Origin: the human T2T-CHM13v2.0 reference genome, Homo sapiens
Length of the DNA: 64,000 nucleotides
Assembly: GCF_009914755.1 (NCBI RefSeq)
Contig: NC_060941.1
Reading direction: 5' to 3' (one strand)
Part shown: positions 31,026 to 45,637 of the stretch, in pieces
Position numbering within the stretch: the stretch's first letter is position 1
Layout: each line of letters starts with the position of its first letter
Translations under genes and position numbers: made by a program
Notes under the pieces: model-generated
What the model saw: the letters and a program-made list of their open reading frames with translations, nothing else
Databases searched by the model: none
Told to the model about the DNA's origin: nothing

Positions 31026-31740
31026 GTGCATGTAAGAGAGTAGAACAAAGACTGGAATGATATATCCCAAAACGTTAACAGTGATTTTCTTTTGGTGGTG
31101 AGATGATGGGTAATATTATTCTCTTCTTTAAATTAAAAATCTTTCACAATGAACATGTATTACCTTATAATAAAAACTGTTACTTAAAATTTTAGGCTGA
31201 AATAATGTGATCATAGTTATATGTTGTTTATAATCGATTTAAAGTACAATAAACTCATGAATACAGTACTTTGTTTGTAAACCTGCATTTAAATTATAAA
31301 TGCTTGATTATATTTTGAGTTCCCCAAGGATACTTGTCACCAACATATTTTCTATGAGTGTTTGGTTTCTTATCCACACAAATACAATACAACCAACTCA
31401 GGACAGCTGAGTAGTAAACATCTTATTTTGAAATTGAATTTCTTAAAAATACTGACGCTCATTATAGTACTAAGTTTGAATAGATAGCGATGTTTGACAA
31501 CATTAAGACTTTAACAAAAACTACTGAATAAAAATAGTCCTAATTTTCCTTAGTTACGAATGATGCCCGCCTAGCCACCAAAAGTATGACTCATCACGTC
31601 CTCTTCAGTAAATATAATGGGTGTGTGTGTAGATATTTCCAGAATTAACAATGTGGTTAAAGAGGAATCGCATTGAATATCCTGTTTTGTAACATATATT
31701 TTCACTTAACATTTATGAAGAACACTCTTCATTTTGTTAA

Positions 31741-32079
<339 letters not shown>

Positions 32080-32239
32080 CATAGTTTTCTATTGTATAGA
32101 TACATCATAACTTATATAACTGTTTTCCTGATATATTTTTTACTTATATATAGGTTATGTGTGAGTGTCTGTTACATACATAGAATGTATAAAGATCAAG
32201 TTGGGGTATTTGGGGTATCCGTTCCCTTGAGTGTTTATC

Positions 32240-32528
32240 TTTTTTTTTTTTTTTGAGATGGAGTCTTGCTCTGTCATCCCGGCTGGAGTGCAGTGGCGCG
32301 ATCTTGGCTCACTGCACCTCCCGGGCTCAAGCAATTCTCCTGCCTCTGCCTCCCAAGTAGCTAGGACTACAGGCACACGCCACCACACCAGCTAATTTTT
32401 TGTATTTTAGTAGAGACAGGGTTTCACTGTGTTGCCCAGGCTGGTCGCGAACTCCTGAGCTCAGGCAATCTGCCTGACCCGGCCTCCCAAAGTACTGGGA
32501 TTACAGGTGTGAGCCACAGCACCTGACC
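32240..32528 (-). mobile_element. AluS
   Basis: TSD gagtgtttatc. Confidence 0.9.
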
Positions 32529-32558
32529 GAGTGTTTATCATTTTTATGTGTCGGCATC

Positions 32559-32945
32559 TGACATGGTTTGGATGTCTATCCCCTTCGAATCTCCAGTTGA
32601 AATTTAATCCCCAGTGTTGGAGGTGGGGCCTGGTAGGAGGGACTGGATCACGGAGCAGATCCCTCATGAATGGCTTAGTGCCATATCCTTTGTGATGAGT
32701 GACCTCTTGCTCTGTTAGTTCATGAGATGTCTCCCTCTCTTGCTCCTGCTCTTGCCATGTGATGCCTGCTCCCCCTCTGCCTTCTGCAATGATTGGAAGC
32801 TCTTTGAGGGCCTCACCAGGAGCAGATGACCGCACCATGCTTCCTATACAGCCTGCAGAACCATCAGCCAATTAAGCCTCTTTTCCTTATAAATTACCCA
32901 GCCACAGGTATTTTTTTAATAGCAACTCAAGAACAGACTAACACC
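32559..32945 (+). mobile_element. MST (MSTB-like) MaLR solo LTR
   Basis: tgacatggtttggatgt...ggaggtggggcctggtaggagg...aattacccagcc...gaacagactaac. Confidence 0.85.
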
Positions 32946-33048
32946 ATATCCTTTAAAGTCCTCTTTTCTAGTGACTTTGACTTATACATTATATTGTTGC
33001 TAAGTACAGTCGCTCTAGTGGGCTCTCAAACTTTAGTATTTATTTCTC

Positions 33049-33328
33049 CTCATGCTTGTAACCTCAGCACTTTGGGAGGCTGAGGTAGGAGCATCACTAG
33101 AGCCCAGGAGTTCAACACCAGCCCGGGCAAGATAGTCAGAACTCATCTCTTAAAAAAAAATTTAGCCAGATGTTGTGGCACCTGGCTGTAGACCCAGCTA
33201 CTGGGGAGGCCAACACAGGAGGATTGCTTGAGCCCAGGAGTTCAAGGCTGCAACATATTAGGATCATACCACTGTACTCCAGCCTGGGTGACAGAGCAAG
33301 AAGACACTGCCTCAAAAAAAAAAAAAAA
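33049..33328 (+). mobile_element. AluJ
   Basis: ggaggattgcttgagcccaggagttcaaggctgca and A tail. Confidence 0.85.
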
Positions 33329-33408
33329 GAACTTATTTCTTCTATCTTACTGTATGTTTGTACTCATAGCCAATCGCTCTTCATCTCCACTAACTTCTTA
33401 ACATTTAA

Positions 33409-33758
<350 letters not shown>

Positions 33759-36485
33759 ACAAAAAAATTTCTTACAACTAAAGTTTTACATATATTCTTA
33801 AGATTTTCCTTAGTATTAATTTCTAGAGGTATAATTGCTGGATTAGAGGCAAATATAATTTTTAGATTTTTTGGAAACACATTGCCAAACTACCCCTCCA
33901 GAAAGTTCTCACCAATTTACTCTTATGCCAGTAGTGTACATCCTTAGCAACACTGTGTATGATATTTTGAAAAATCCCGAGTATTTGGTAGGTGAAAATA
34001 TGGTTGCTGGCCATTTTTCTTCTTCTGTGGTCTGAGTGTCCATATTTTTGTTCAGTTTTCTAGTGAGGTATCTATCTCATTTCTTAGGAGGGACCTTTTG
34101 TATATTAAAGGTATTCATAATCTGCAGTTGCTGAAATTTTTAAAAATATAGCTTAAGACTGCTATATAGCTCCTCGTTAATAGAAACTGAATGCTCTAAA
34201 TATACACATTTCCCAGAACATGTTGAATATTTCATAAACTTTCTGTTTTAGGTTAGCAAAACTTGATAGTCCAAGCATAATGTGTTTACATGTGCCATGA
34301 CAAAGAATATGAGCAATTTTTGATACACTTAGATCTCTTGGTAGTAGTTATATACATTTGCTATAGCAAGAAGAGAATAAAATAAACCTCAATACTGTAG
34401 GCTTCACACTTAAACCACATGTATGCCATTATGTACCTAACTTGGTAAACAGGATATATTTTGTCACCCATAAAGTTTCTTAGCTCAATGAAATACGTGG
34501 CAAAATTACATACTTTAGAAAAGCTGTTTCTTTTCATAAAAGTCTGTTCAAAAAAATCTTTTTTAGGGTGATATTTTACATTAAATGTCAGCATGGTGAC
34601 TAAGCAGTGAACGGCTATTACAATAAAATATTTTCATCATTGCCTTTAATACTTGTTATCTAATTATTTTTAAAAGGATTAGAGGGAACTTACAAAAAAA
34701 GGTATACAGACAACTAAATTACCAAAGTAAGAATAAAAGGACAGCCGGGCAACAGGGGCAGGGTGGTAGGAAGGAAAGGGAGTCAGTTCCACTGAAACTC
34801 CCAAACTGAGGATGGTTCCTGGACTTACATATAAATCTGAGCCCTGAGCTTCCTGGCATCTACAGCAAACAGGAAACTTAATGAGTTGCAAGGATTTCAT
34901 GATTTAATAGGCATTCTTTAATAAGGTTGATAATTAAATACTCCCTCCACCAAAATATGCTCTTTTTATTTTTAAACAAATGTTTTATTGTTGGCAAGGA
35001 AGAAAAAAATAATTGCTCAGCAGTAATTCAGTGGGATTTTACATGGCTTGGCTGTGCGCATCTTCAGCTACCTCTGTAATACAGTCTTCCTCCAGACAAG
35101 CTTTTGATTGTATACATCTTAACTATAAGACCTTTCATTTGAGGTTGGGATAGCAATTCTCATTAAATTGTTCAGAAGTTTTGTAATTTAATTTAAGCAT
35201 CTATTCACGAAATCACTTCCCCTTCATTAATTAATTCCTTACAAAGAGTCAAATCTCTTGAGCTTGTAGCAATTAAAAAAGAAAAGTGAAATGAATATGT
35301 AGCCATTTTTTTTTCCTTCCTTTTTTTCCTATCACCACCTATAGGGGCCAGAAAATGTTGTCATGGAGACAACAGCTGTTGGGTTATGAGTGACAAGTCT
35401 CAAGAGAGAAGTGTCTTGGAAAGGGAACACCTCAAGTAAAAAAAAAAAAAAAAGTGGTGAGGGAGAAACCAATGCAAGCTGTTTTACTAAACATAGTGGG
35501 GGCTCAATTGAAAGGTGTATTTTAGCTAGCAAAGAATAAAAGTGGTATTTCCCCTCTTTTTTCACCTAACATAGGAAATGTTTTCCTTGCAAAGGCGAAC
35601 AGATTTCTTTTAAGTAAACCTCAAGCATATGTACATCTCTTGGCATAATTATATTTTAAAATTGAGATTCACACTGATGCGCCAAATTGGTTGCCTTAGT
35701 AATGAGATATCACCCAGGCAACGGATTTGCTGCTCTTTCAGGAGAGCAAATCATCTGCTTCCAACTTACAGCAGAGTGGGCTGGGGATGGAGTGGCAATG
35801 GTTTCTTATTGGCAGTGTCTGAGAGGAGATAAATAAGAAACAAATTATTTTTGACATGTCACCATTATTTTCCAAATATGCTTTTATCGTTTTATTCACC
35901 AAGTAGGTGGGAAGAGAAAAAAGGAGAGTGGGGCCGGGTGTGAGGGAATGTACTGTTGCTTCAATGTTAAGTTGTTGCTGAAGCATTTTTATTGTTCTAA
36001 AAGGGCTTTACATTTGCCAATATGTTAAATACTAAATGGACCAGTTATAGGCTTATATTATAAATCGACCAAATTTTTTTCCCCATAGTAAGTTCAGTGA
36101 CTTGTACATAGTAATGCTATTCTAATAGCGCTGCTTAGTAATATATGTAGGGGTAAGTCTTCAGTGTTTCAACATTTACTAAATGTCTTACGGAAAATTA
36201 ACGCTTCTTAGTTTCTTCATTACGGACACCTTTTTGCTATACCTATTTTCATTTCCATGATTCACCAACAAATGTTCAAAACACTTTTATTTCCTCGCCG
36301 GAGGAGTTTGGCAATTGGTTTTTCTTCTACACTCTGAGCTCATCCTGACCAACTTTAACATGCCGGTTATTAATAAACCAATGACCTACTAATTGCCAGA
36401 CTAGGTGGGCACTTTTCAGCCATTATGGTGTTGGACATACCTACTATGTCTGATGCTGTTGACTGTTTCTTCTTATTTAAAATTT

Positions 36486-36792
<307 letters not shown>

Positions 36793-37138
36793 CTACTTCT
36801 TTTGTTTCTCTGACTCATATATCCAACTGCTTGCTGGTCATCTCTACTTGAATGCCTCATAGGCACCTCGAACACATCATACCCCACACTACTACCATCT
36901 TCCAGATATGCCCCTGCTTCTGTACCTTCTACCTCTATCTCAGTTGTCAGTGATACCAGCTATCCAGGACTCTATGGTGGAAACCTGGGAATCATTGATT
37001 CCTGCCTTTCATCAATCTCCTGTCCAATAACTATCATAGTCTGCTAATTATTTCATGGTCTCCTAAATATTTCTCACATTTTTCTGCATCTTAACTACCA
37101 CTGCTGCAATTTAAGTTCTCATCAGCTTTCCCCTAGAT

Positions 37139-37481
37139 CAGTGGTCTTGAACCTTTTTGACATCAGGGACCAGTTTTGTGGAAGAAAGATTTTCCATGCA
37201 CCGGCATGGTGGGGGTGGGGGTGGTTTCAGGATGAAACTGTTCTACCTCAGATCATCAGGCATTAGATTCTCATAAAGAGCGCACAGCCTAGATCCCTTG
37301 CATGCGCAGTTCACCATAGGCTTCATGCTCCTATGAGAATCCAATGAGCCACTGATCTTACAGGAGGCGGAGCTCAGGTGGTAATGTTTGCTCACTTGCC
37401 GCCCACCTGCTGCTGTGCGGCCTGGTTCCTAACAGGCCACAGTCCAGTACCAGTCTGCCACTTGGGGATTGGGGACCCCTG
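37139..37481 (+). mobile_element. MER1B-like hAT-Charlie MITE inside an L2
   Basis: CAG...GGGGACCCCTG termini; 8-bp TSD ccctagat/ccttagat. Confidence 0.88.
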
Positions 37482-37938
37482 CCTTAGATTACAGCAACAG
37501 GCTCTTAATTGGCCATCCTTCCTTGTCTTATTGACTTCTAATGTTTCCTTGACACAGATCTATTTAACAGTCACAAACTGACCACACCACTTCTCTCTTA
37601 AACTTCCAGTAGGACTTCCAATGAGTAGGGCAAGAAGGTAGAATAGATAACTTGATATCCCTACTGCTACAACAATGTAACAAATACCCCTATGCACAGC
37701 TGAGCTTGTAAGAAAGTAACGGTCATATTCAGGGATCAAAATTTGATTGGCCAAAATTAAAAAATCTGCCAATGTGAATTGTTGATAAGGATGTAGAAGA
37801 ATAAAAGCTTTCATACATTTCTTGGTGAGCATAAACTGGTACAATTATTTTGGAAAGCAACTGGGCAAACTTTAGTGAACTTAAAAATGTGCAGACTCTA
37901 CAATCTAGCATTTGCAATCTGGGGTATATACCCAAGAG

Positions 37939-38219
37939 TAGCAGTTCTCAAAGTGTGGTTGGGGAACCCTGAGCACTGCTGAGACCCTTTACTTTTAGGG
38001 GATCTTCAAGATAAAAACTAATTTTCTAAGAATACCAGCAGGTTATTTGCCTTTTAAATTCTCACCCTCTCAGCCTATGATAGAATTTTCCAGAGACTAT
38101 ATCACATGTGATGACATCATCACTCTGATAGCTAATGGAATATGTGCTTGCATATTGTTGCATTTTGTAGAATTTTCTAAGGTAAGCTCTTTAGAATTCT
38201 CAAAATTTGAGAATGGCAG
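37939..38219. mobile_element. hAT-Charlie-type DNA element inside an old L1M
   Basis: cagttctcaaagtgtggt ... tttgagaa termini; L1M text resumes on both sides. Confidence 0.55.
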
Positions 38220-40029
38220 CCCCACAGAGACCTATTCACTTGCAGACAAGAGAATATGTACAAAAATGTTCACTGTGGCATTTCACAGAATGACAAAAAA
38301 CTGAAAAACTGACTATTATTAGGAAATTAACTGTGACTTTTAAATAGTAAAATAACAAGCAAAAGTAAATAAGCCATTAGTACACTTATGGACCTATACA
38401 AATTTTAAAAACATTATTCTGAGTGGAAAAAAAAACAACTTGCAGAAGACTATGGACAGTATAATGTGGAAACAGAATATTATACACTATGACAAAAAAA
38501 GTATAACCAAATTAGAGGCTGCCAAGCTCAACTAGTAGTTAGTAATGAGGAACCTTGACAGAATGGGAGTTTGTTGATCCAGGTGCTTTAAGAAGACAAG
38601 TCCTGAGCTAGCTCTTTACATCTTGTTAGATAAATAAGGAAAGGGTTAGTAAATATTTATATACCTGTTATAAAATTCAAGTTATTCTAAGTTTAATTCT
38701 GTCCTTCTACGTGGCACTGCTGCCACATGTGTTTGCTTGCTAGTTACCCATTTGGCTGTTTGCTATGCAGGGCAAGCACTTTCCTGTGATATGGAAAGGC
38801 TGTTTTAGTAATTCCAAAGACTAAGACTAGTCTATGTTTGTTACAGAAAACAATATTTGTTTGAATATTTTTGTAGAAAACTTTGCTTTCTACATTTGTC
38901 AAAGGAAGTCCATTTTACCCACTAGCTTTAGTGACAGTTAACCCACTATAATGTCAAGTTCCAGCTCTAATTAACTCAATCTGTATAAATGGCTTATGAA
39001 ATACAGATTAAGATCTGTCCTCCCTGTTAATGTGTTTCCAAGTAAGATGTGAATCTAACAGAGTTAATTAAGATTTTGGCAAACTTCTTCCAGAAAGTGT
39101 CCTCTCCCCAGCTCAGGTAGGTGCCTCTTCTCTGAGCCCACCTTGCAGTCACTGCCTACTACCCTAGGGCCTCGTAATTACTCCATTTCACTGGTTTGGG
39201 TGCACACATCTGCCCCCTGGCTGGGTTGTCAGCTTCTGGATGGAGCTTTGTCTTGTTCCTTTTCATGTTTCCATTCAGTAATGAATGAACAAATCCACAT
39301 TTATTACTCATTTTAAAATGCATGTGAGCACCTTTTCCTGCATAGCCACATGTCACAGTGTTGTAAATGCTACCCATTTCTTCTCACAGCATACTGGAAA
39401 AATACGGAGTCAATGGCCACCATTCAATCAAAGGTACGCTTTTGTTTCTTTCAACACTCAGTCAAGACCAAGCAGCATATTTTTGACCATAAATATTCCC
39501 CATCAATAAAGCAATGAATGGACTAGCATTGGGGGCAACCTCTTTCATTGCCTAGTAGCATACCCCAGCTTCCTGTTTCAGCTGATGCTTTCTTGGTCGC
39601 TTTGTAAATGCACCTTTCCCAACCTAGCCATAGCTCGAAAGTCACTTTTTCCAAAACAAACAAAAATCTCTTCTCCTGGAGCATGTATTTTCAGTTAAAA
39701 AAAAAAAAAAGTCATCGATCACTTTTTGTTACTATACACGTGTCAAGAGCTGATTCATACATCAACATCAGGGTTTTTTTTCCAATTGTATTACTGTATC
39801 TTAGTCCACATACTTGACAGTGAATAACTCAGAAGACATTACCACTTTACCAAGGCTATTTAATAAAGCAATTTTGCAAATTGCATTCTGCTTTCTTTGT
39901 GAGCATGATGCACATCACCTTTGAGGACATCCTCTGAACACATCACCTTTGTGACTAGTTTTTCAAACTTTTCAATAGTGTGAGTCATAGCTGTTTCTTG
40001 AATGATGCCACTATGGTACAAAAGTGTAC

Positions 40030-40260
40030 AGCAGTCAAAAGAGTGTGTGTGGGAAGCAGGCCTCTTAGGTTCAAATCCCAGCTCTGGTGTTTACCGTGTG
40101 TGACCTCTGCCAAGGTCCTTAACCACTCAGTGGCTTTAGCTCCCTTATCTATTAAATGGAAATAATAATGGACACTCATTCACAAGGTTCTTGTAATGAC
40201 TTAGTTAAATAACCAGAATAGTAAAGTATCCAGAGTAGTGCCTATCACTCAGGAAATACT
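40030..40260 (+). mobile_element. MIR
   Basis: ggttcaaatcccagctct...tgtgtgacct...aaatggaaataataatgg. Confidence 0.75.
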
Positions 40261-40287
40261 AGCTACCATATCAGTAGGTTTTGTGTT

Positions 40288-40454
40288 TTCTTTCTTTTCT
40301 CTTTTCTTTTTCCTTCCTTCCTTCTTCCTTCCTTCCTCCCTCCCTTCCCCCCTCCCCCTCCCCCTTCCCTCCTTCCTTCCTTCTTTCCTTCCTTCCTCCC
40401 TCCCTCTCTTCCCCCCTCCCCCTCCCCCTTCCCTCCTTCCTTCTTTTCTTTTTT
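40288..40454. repeat. Polypyrimidine (CCTT/CCCT)n low-complexity tract
   Basis: About 165 bp of C/T only on the plus strand. Confidence 0.92.
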
Positions 40455-41010
40455 AAGGACAAAAGTAATCAATTTTATATGAGAAATAATTATTTTGCTT
40501 TTAGTCTTAGAAATAAAACACTTGATTGGTTTTACAAAGAAGTCAGAGTGCTTTGTTTAGAAATCATATGAAAGCCCCCATCACTTCATGTCTCTATCTG
40601 ACAGTTTCCTAACAAATAAAACATTAGGCAAATGAATGACAAAACCAATAAAATCCAATTTTCAGATAATGATTCTATTCATACTTTTTCTTTTGGCTGG
40701 TTTACAAAATTATCGTACTCACTGAAAATGATTACACTATATTAATCTTTGAGTCTACTTATAATTAACAGTTATTATATTATTCTCAGTTTCAGAATTT
40801 ACTATTTTCATTATATGTTTATGCTTTAATGAGCCACTTTTAATCCTTCACAAGATCTTTCCTGTGATAAGGGAGCTAAAGCCATAATATAATCCAATAA
40901 TAAAAAATGCAAAATGCAAATTTAACAAATAAATATAAGAACATATAAATAATATGAAATTGTTAATTTAGACAAACTAAAGACGCCACTCCTTGCCATA
41001 CATAAGCCAC

Positions 41011-41318
41011 ATTTATTTTATTTTAATTTTAATTTTTTTCAAGACAAGTCTTGCTCTGTCGCCCAGGTTGGAGTGCAGTGGTACCATCTTGGCTCACTGC
41101 AACCTCTGCCTCCGGGGTTCAAGCAATTCTCCTGCCTCAGCCTGAATAGCTGGGATTACAGGTTTGTGTCATCACGCCCGGCTAATTTTTGTATTTTTAG
41201 TAGAGATGGGGTTTCACCATGTTGGCCAGGCTGGTCTCGAACTCCCGACCTCGTGATCCCCCTGCCTCAGTCTCCAAATAAGCACTGGGATTACAGGCAT
41301 GATCCACCGTGCCCAGCC
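41011..41318 (-). mobile_element. AluS
   Basis: TSD cataagccac. Confidence 0.88.
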
Positions 41319-42193
41319 CATAAGCCACCTTTAAAACATTCAATTTTTAAAGATGAAATGATATGTCACTGAAAATCATAATTAATATTACATATCAAGT
41401 TTCTGAAATATATGGGAACAAAACTCCCAAATGACAGAGATAACTGTCAGACTGCCAGGAACCACTCACTGCCTTAGGTGTTGATGCTGCCCTTTGATAA
41501 AGATGAGTGTGCTCCTTTCTCAATGCTGTCTCAGCTCTGGGGGTGGCCACGCCTATCCCTAACCATCTGTGAAAAGATAGTTTCCAGTCAACTGGGAACA
41601 ATGAACAGAAACTATTAATTATTAATTTTATATGGTATGATAACAGTATGAAGTCCTTATCTATAAAGTCCTTATCTGTAGATTGGTATTTAAGGGTGAC
41701 AAAAGATATCTGGGATGTTCTTTAAAAACTTCAACCAAACCAAAACAAACATACATAAAAGCATGAGGTGGGAATTAGATAAAATAAGAATGACAAAATA
41801 TTGTTAATTGTTGAATCTGGGTGATGGAAACATGGAGATTCATTAAACTGTTCTTCCTATTTTTGTGAATATTTGCAATTTTCCATAATAAAAATATTAA
41901 AAAATAACATATACCTTATTTCACATTATACTCACAAAAAATCACTGTACACCAGGCCCTAAAGTAAACCTCAATAAATTCCAGAAAGTAGAAATGGAAC
42001 ATTTAACATTCTGTGATCATAAAGCAGTGAAACTAAAAAATTAAGAACAAAATTAGAAAAGTAAAGAAAATACACACACAAAACATGTATCACCTGGAAA
42101 TGATTTAAAAAAATTTTTTTAAACAACTTTCAGGGAAAGAGAAAATGTAAACATAAAAAATAATTAAATAATAATATATCAGGTCCTACAGAT

Positions 42194-42521
42194 CAGCAGT
42201 CTCCAACTTTTTGGCACCAAGGACCAATTTCATGGAAGACAGTTTTTCTATGGACTGGGAGGTGGTAGGGGATGGTTTCGGGATGAAACTGTTCCACCAG
42301 ATCATCAGGCATTAGATTCTCATAAGGAGTGTACAACCTAGATCCCCTGCATGGGCATTTCACACACAACAGGGTTCCTGCTCCTATGAGAATCCAATGC
42401 CGCTGCTGATCTGATAGGCCGCGGAGCTTGCTTGCCCTCTGCTCATCTCCTGCTGTGGGGCCCAGTTCCTAACAGGCCACGGACCAGTACCAGTCCGTGG
42501 CACAAGGGTTGGGGACCCCTG
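42194..42521 (+). mobile_element. MER1B-like hAT-Charlie MITE inside an old L1M ORF2 remnant (~41930-44090)
   Basis: 8-bp TSD ctacagat/ttacagat; same consensus as 37139-37481. Confidence 0.88.
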
Positions 42522-42712
42522 TTACAGATACAGCAGAAGCAGATCCACAAAAAATTTCACAGTTCATTACTAATAAATGTGAAAGAAAAAACTGAACGAA
42601 GTGTTCAACTCCAGAAGTTGGAGAAAGATAAACTGATTGCCTCTGCTCTTTATATTCCAAAAAGGAGAGGAATTGATGAAGATAAAGAAAAAAATTAACA
42701 AATTAGAAATCA

Positions 42713-43163
<451 letters not shown>

Positions 43164-43614
43164 CTACAGATTCAAAGGAAATGAGAATAAAATGTAAGAG
43201 ACTACTTCGTTCAATTCTGTTCAATTAAATTAGAGAATCTGAATGATTTTCTAGGAAAATATAAATTACCAAAATTAATCCCACAAAATAAAAACAGATC
43301 AATTATCACAAAGAACTAGAGTAAGCTGTTGAAGAGGTACACTCCAACAAATACCCCCTTCCAGATGGCTTCACAAGGGAGTTTAACCTCAAAAGATTAA
43401 CTCCAAGGCTATTTAGACTGTTCCAAAATACAGACAAAAAAAGAAAAGTGTCCATTTTATCTTGTTAGGTAAACATCATATTGCTATCAAATTGGTTAGA
43501 ATTCTCTGTATTGATAATTCAAGAGAAAAAAATGACATAAGCATCTTGATATCTGTTGAAAAGTAATTTGATATAATTCATCTATTCTTGATTTTTAAGG
43601 TACATTACCCTTTT

Positions 43615-43924
43615 TAAAATTTATTTCATTTTTTTTTAGAGACAGGGTCACACTCTGTCACTTAAGCTGAAGTTCGGTGGCGCAATCATGTCTTACTATA
43701 GCCTAGAACTCCTGGGCTCAAGTGATCTTCCTGCCTCAGGCTTCTGAGTAGCTGGGACTACAGGTGTGCTCCACTATGCTCAGTTAATATTTTATTTTTA
43801 TTTTTGTAGAGATGGGGTTTCGCTGTGTTGCCCAGGCTGGTCTCGAACTCCTGGCCTCAAGTAATAGTCCAGCTTTGGCTTCCCAAAGTGCTAGGATTAC
43901 AGGGGTGAACCCCCATGCCCTGCC
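43615..43924 (-). mobile_element. AluJ
   Basis: ctcctgggctcaagtgatc diagnostic. Confidence 0.85.
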
Positions 43925-45503
43925 AAAGTACAGTACTCTTAACACAACTGGAATAGATGACTACCTTAGCATGTCTGCATGTTCAAATGTATCTATGTCA
44001 ACCAGTATCAATCAAAAGTAGAAACCACTAGAAACATTTCCCTTAAGTGCAGGAATATTTCAAGGCTGTCTAACATCATTGCTTAAGGAAAGCTCACAAG
44101 CAGGCTACACAGCAGCCTGGCTCCTCCCCATAACATGCCTGCCAGTTTGAGGACAGTGGCCCAGGAGAAGTACAGCTAATCCTGATATAAGAACAGAAAA
44201 AAATTTTCCCATGAACCAGCACAAAAATGATGCTGAGTTTTACATGCTTCTGTTATTTCCTTTCCCACTATTATACTTGTGTGCATATATGTACGTGGTG
44301 TGCCTGTTATTTGTATATACATTATGCCTGCACTGATTTATTGATAAAATCACATACCCTATTTTTGAATATTTTCATAATATTAGTTTGCTAGGGGAAT
44401 GTCAAATGTTTATTATTCTGAATTAAGAAAAGATCCCTAACTACCCTATAATTCCACTTTGAATTCCACATAAAATTAGAAACAATCATATAATTTTAGC
44501 CTATATCTTGAATATTTTATTTCACTAGCTTGAGGCTTTTTTTTCCCTGTTCTTGGCTTTATCTTTTTCATATCTTTTTCTCTTTCACGTCTTTCCACAG
44601 ACTTTCTTCTCCACTCATTCCTTTGTCCCTCCTCGCCCCCCAGTGCTATTCTGCTTTTGGAATTGCATCAATTTTGCAATGATTTAATAATCAAATTACT
44701 ATCATCCTCTAATTAGGAATCTACCAGATAGGCAAAAATACATTCTGGGGACTGAATGCATCTGAATATTTATAGCAAGTATTTCTATTATTTCCTATAA
44801 AGACATGTCTGTAGTTTCACACAACTACAATGGAAGACTGCCAACTGACTTCAAATTCAAGCTTGACTGTGGACCCCACAGTTCACTGTATCATGGATGC
44901 TACAAGCTGCGAGCCACAATTAGGCCTGAAATAAAAACTGGAAAACTCATAGCATGGAACATGGAGCAGGTAAGGGGTAGCATAATTTAAATTTCCAAAG
45001 AGTTGACAGTTCTTGCTGCTGTAGAATTCATAAGCTGTAACTGTGATGCTAAGTTACCTACAAATTGCTCAGAGGAAAATGATTAGAGTCTTAAGATATT
45101 ACCATTTTGAGAAATAATTTATATGTTTAGTAGCCTTCAGTGAGTGACAGAGGAAAGGCCTTGCCCTCTTAACTACACTGGAAGAGCTGTTTCCATTCCT
45201 AGAGCTACAATCAAAGCTATGCAATCTGAAATGGTCCAACTATGTGACACAGTGAGCAATTAAGATCTCTGTCTATAATTAATTATAGATGCCCTTTAAA
45301 AAAGGCCAAATCCCCCAAATAAAAACAATTCACAAAGGCACCTATTTGTGTTATAGGTGGGTCAAGAAATCTATTCTTTCAATTTATCTACCTGTCCAAA
45401 TTTGTTGTTAATGGACACAAAAGACAAACTTTCTCAATTCTTTTCTATCTCCCTTTGAGAATCCATTCTTAACATAACTTTATATATAAATTTTGATCCC
45501 TTT

Positions 45504-45637
45504 TGCTTGTTTTTTTTTTTTGAGATAGGGGTCTTGCTATATTGCCAAGGGTGGTATTGAACTCCTGGGCTAAAGTGATCCTCCTGCCTTAGCCTCCTGG
45601 GTAGGTGAGATTACAGGTGCATGCTACCGTGCCTGGC
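45504..45637 (-). mobile_element. FLAM/Alu monomer
   Basis: Single arm with T tract. Confidence 0.78.

Noticed and set aside
40238-40571. Overlapping low-complexity P/S/F and G/E/R/K ORFs
   Set aside because: They arise from the stop-free polypyrimidine tract.
37139-42521. Two similar ~340-bp direct repeats 5 kb apart, resembling LTRs or a composite transposon
   Set aside because: Independent MER1B copies, each with its own different 8-bp TSD and host repeat.
45272-45289. Perfect 18-bp palindrome TCTATAATTAATTATAGA
   Set aside because: About one such palindrome is expected by chance in 64 kb of AT-rich DNA.
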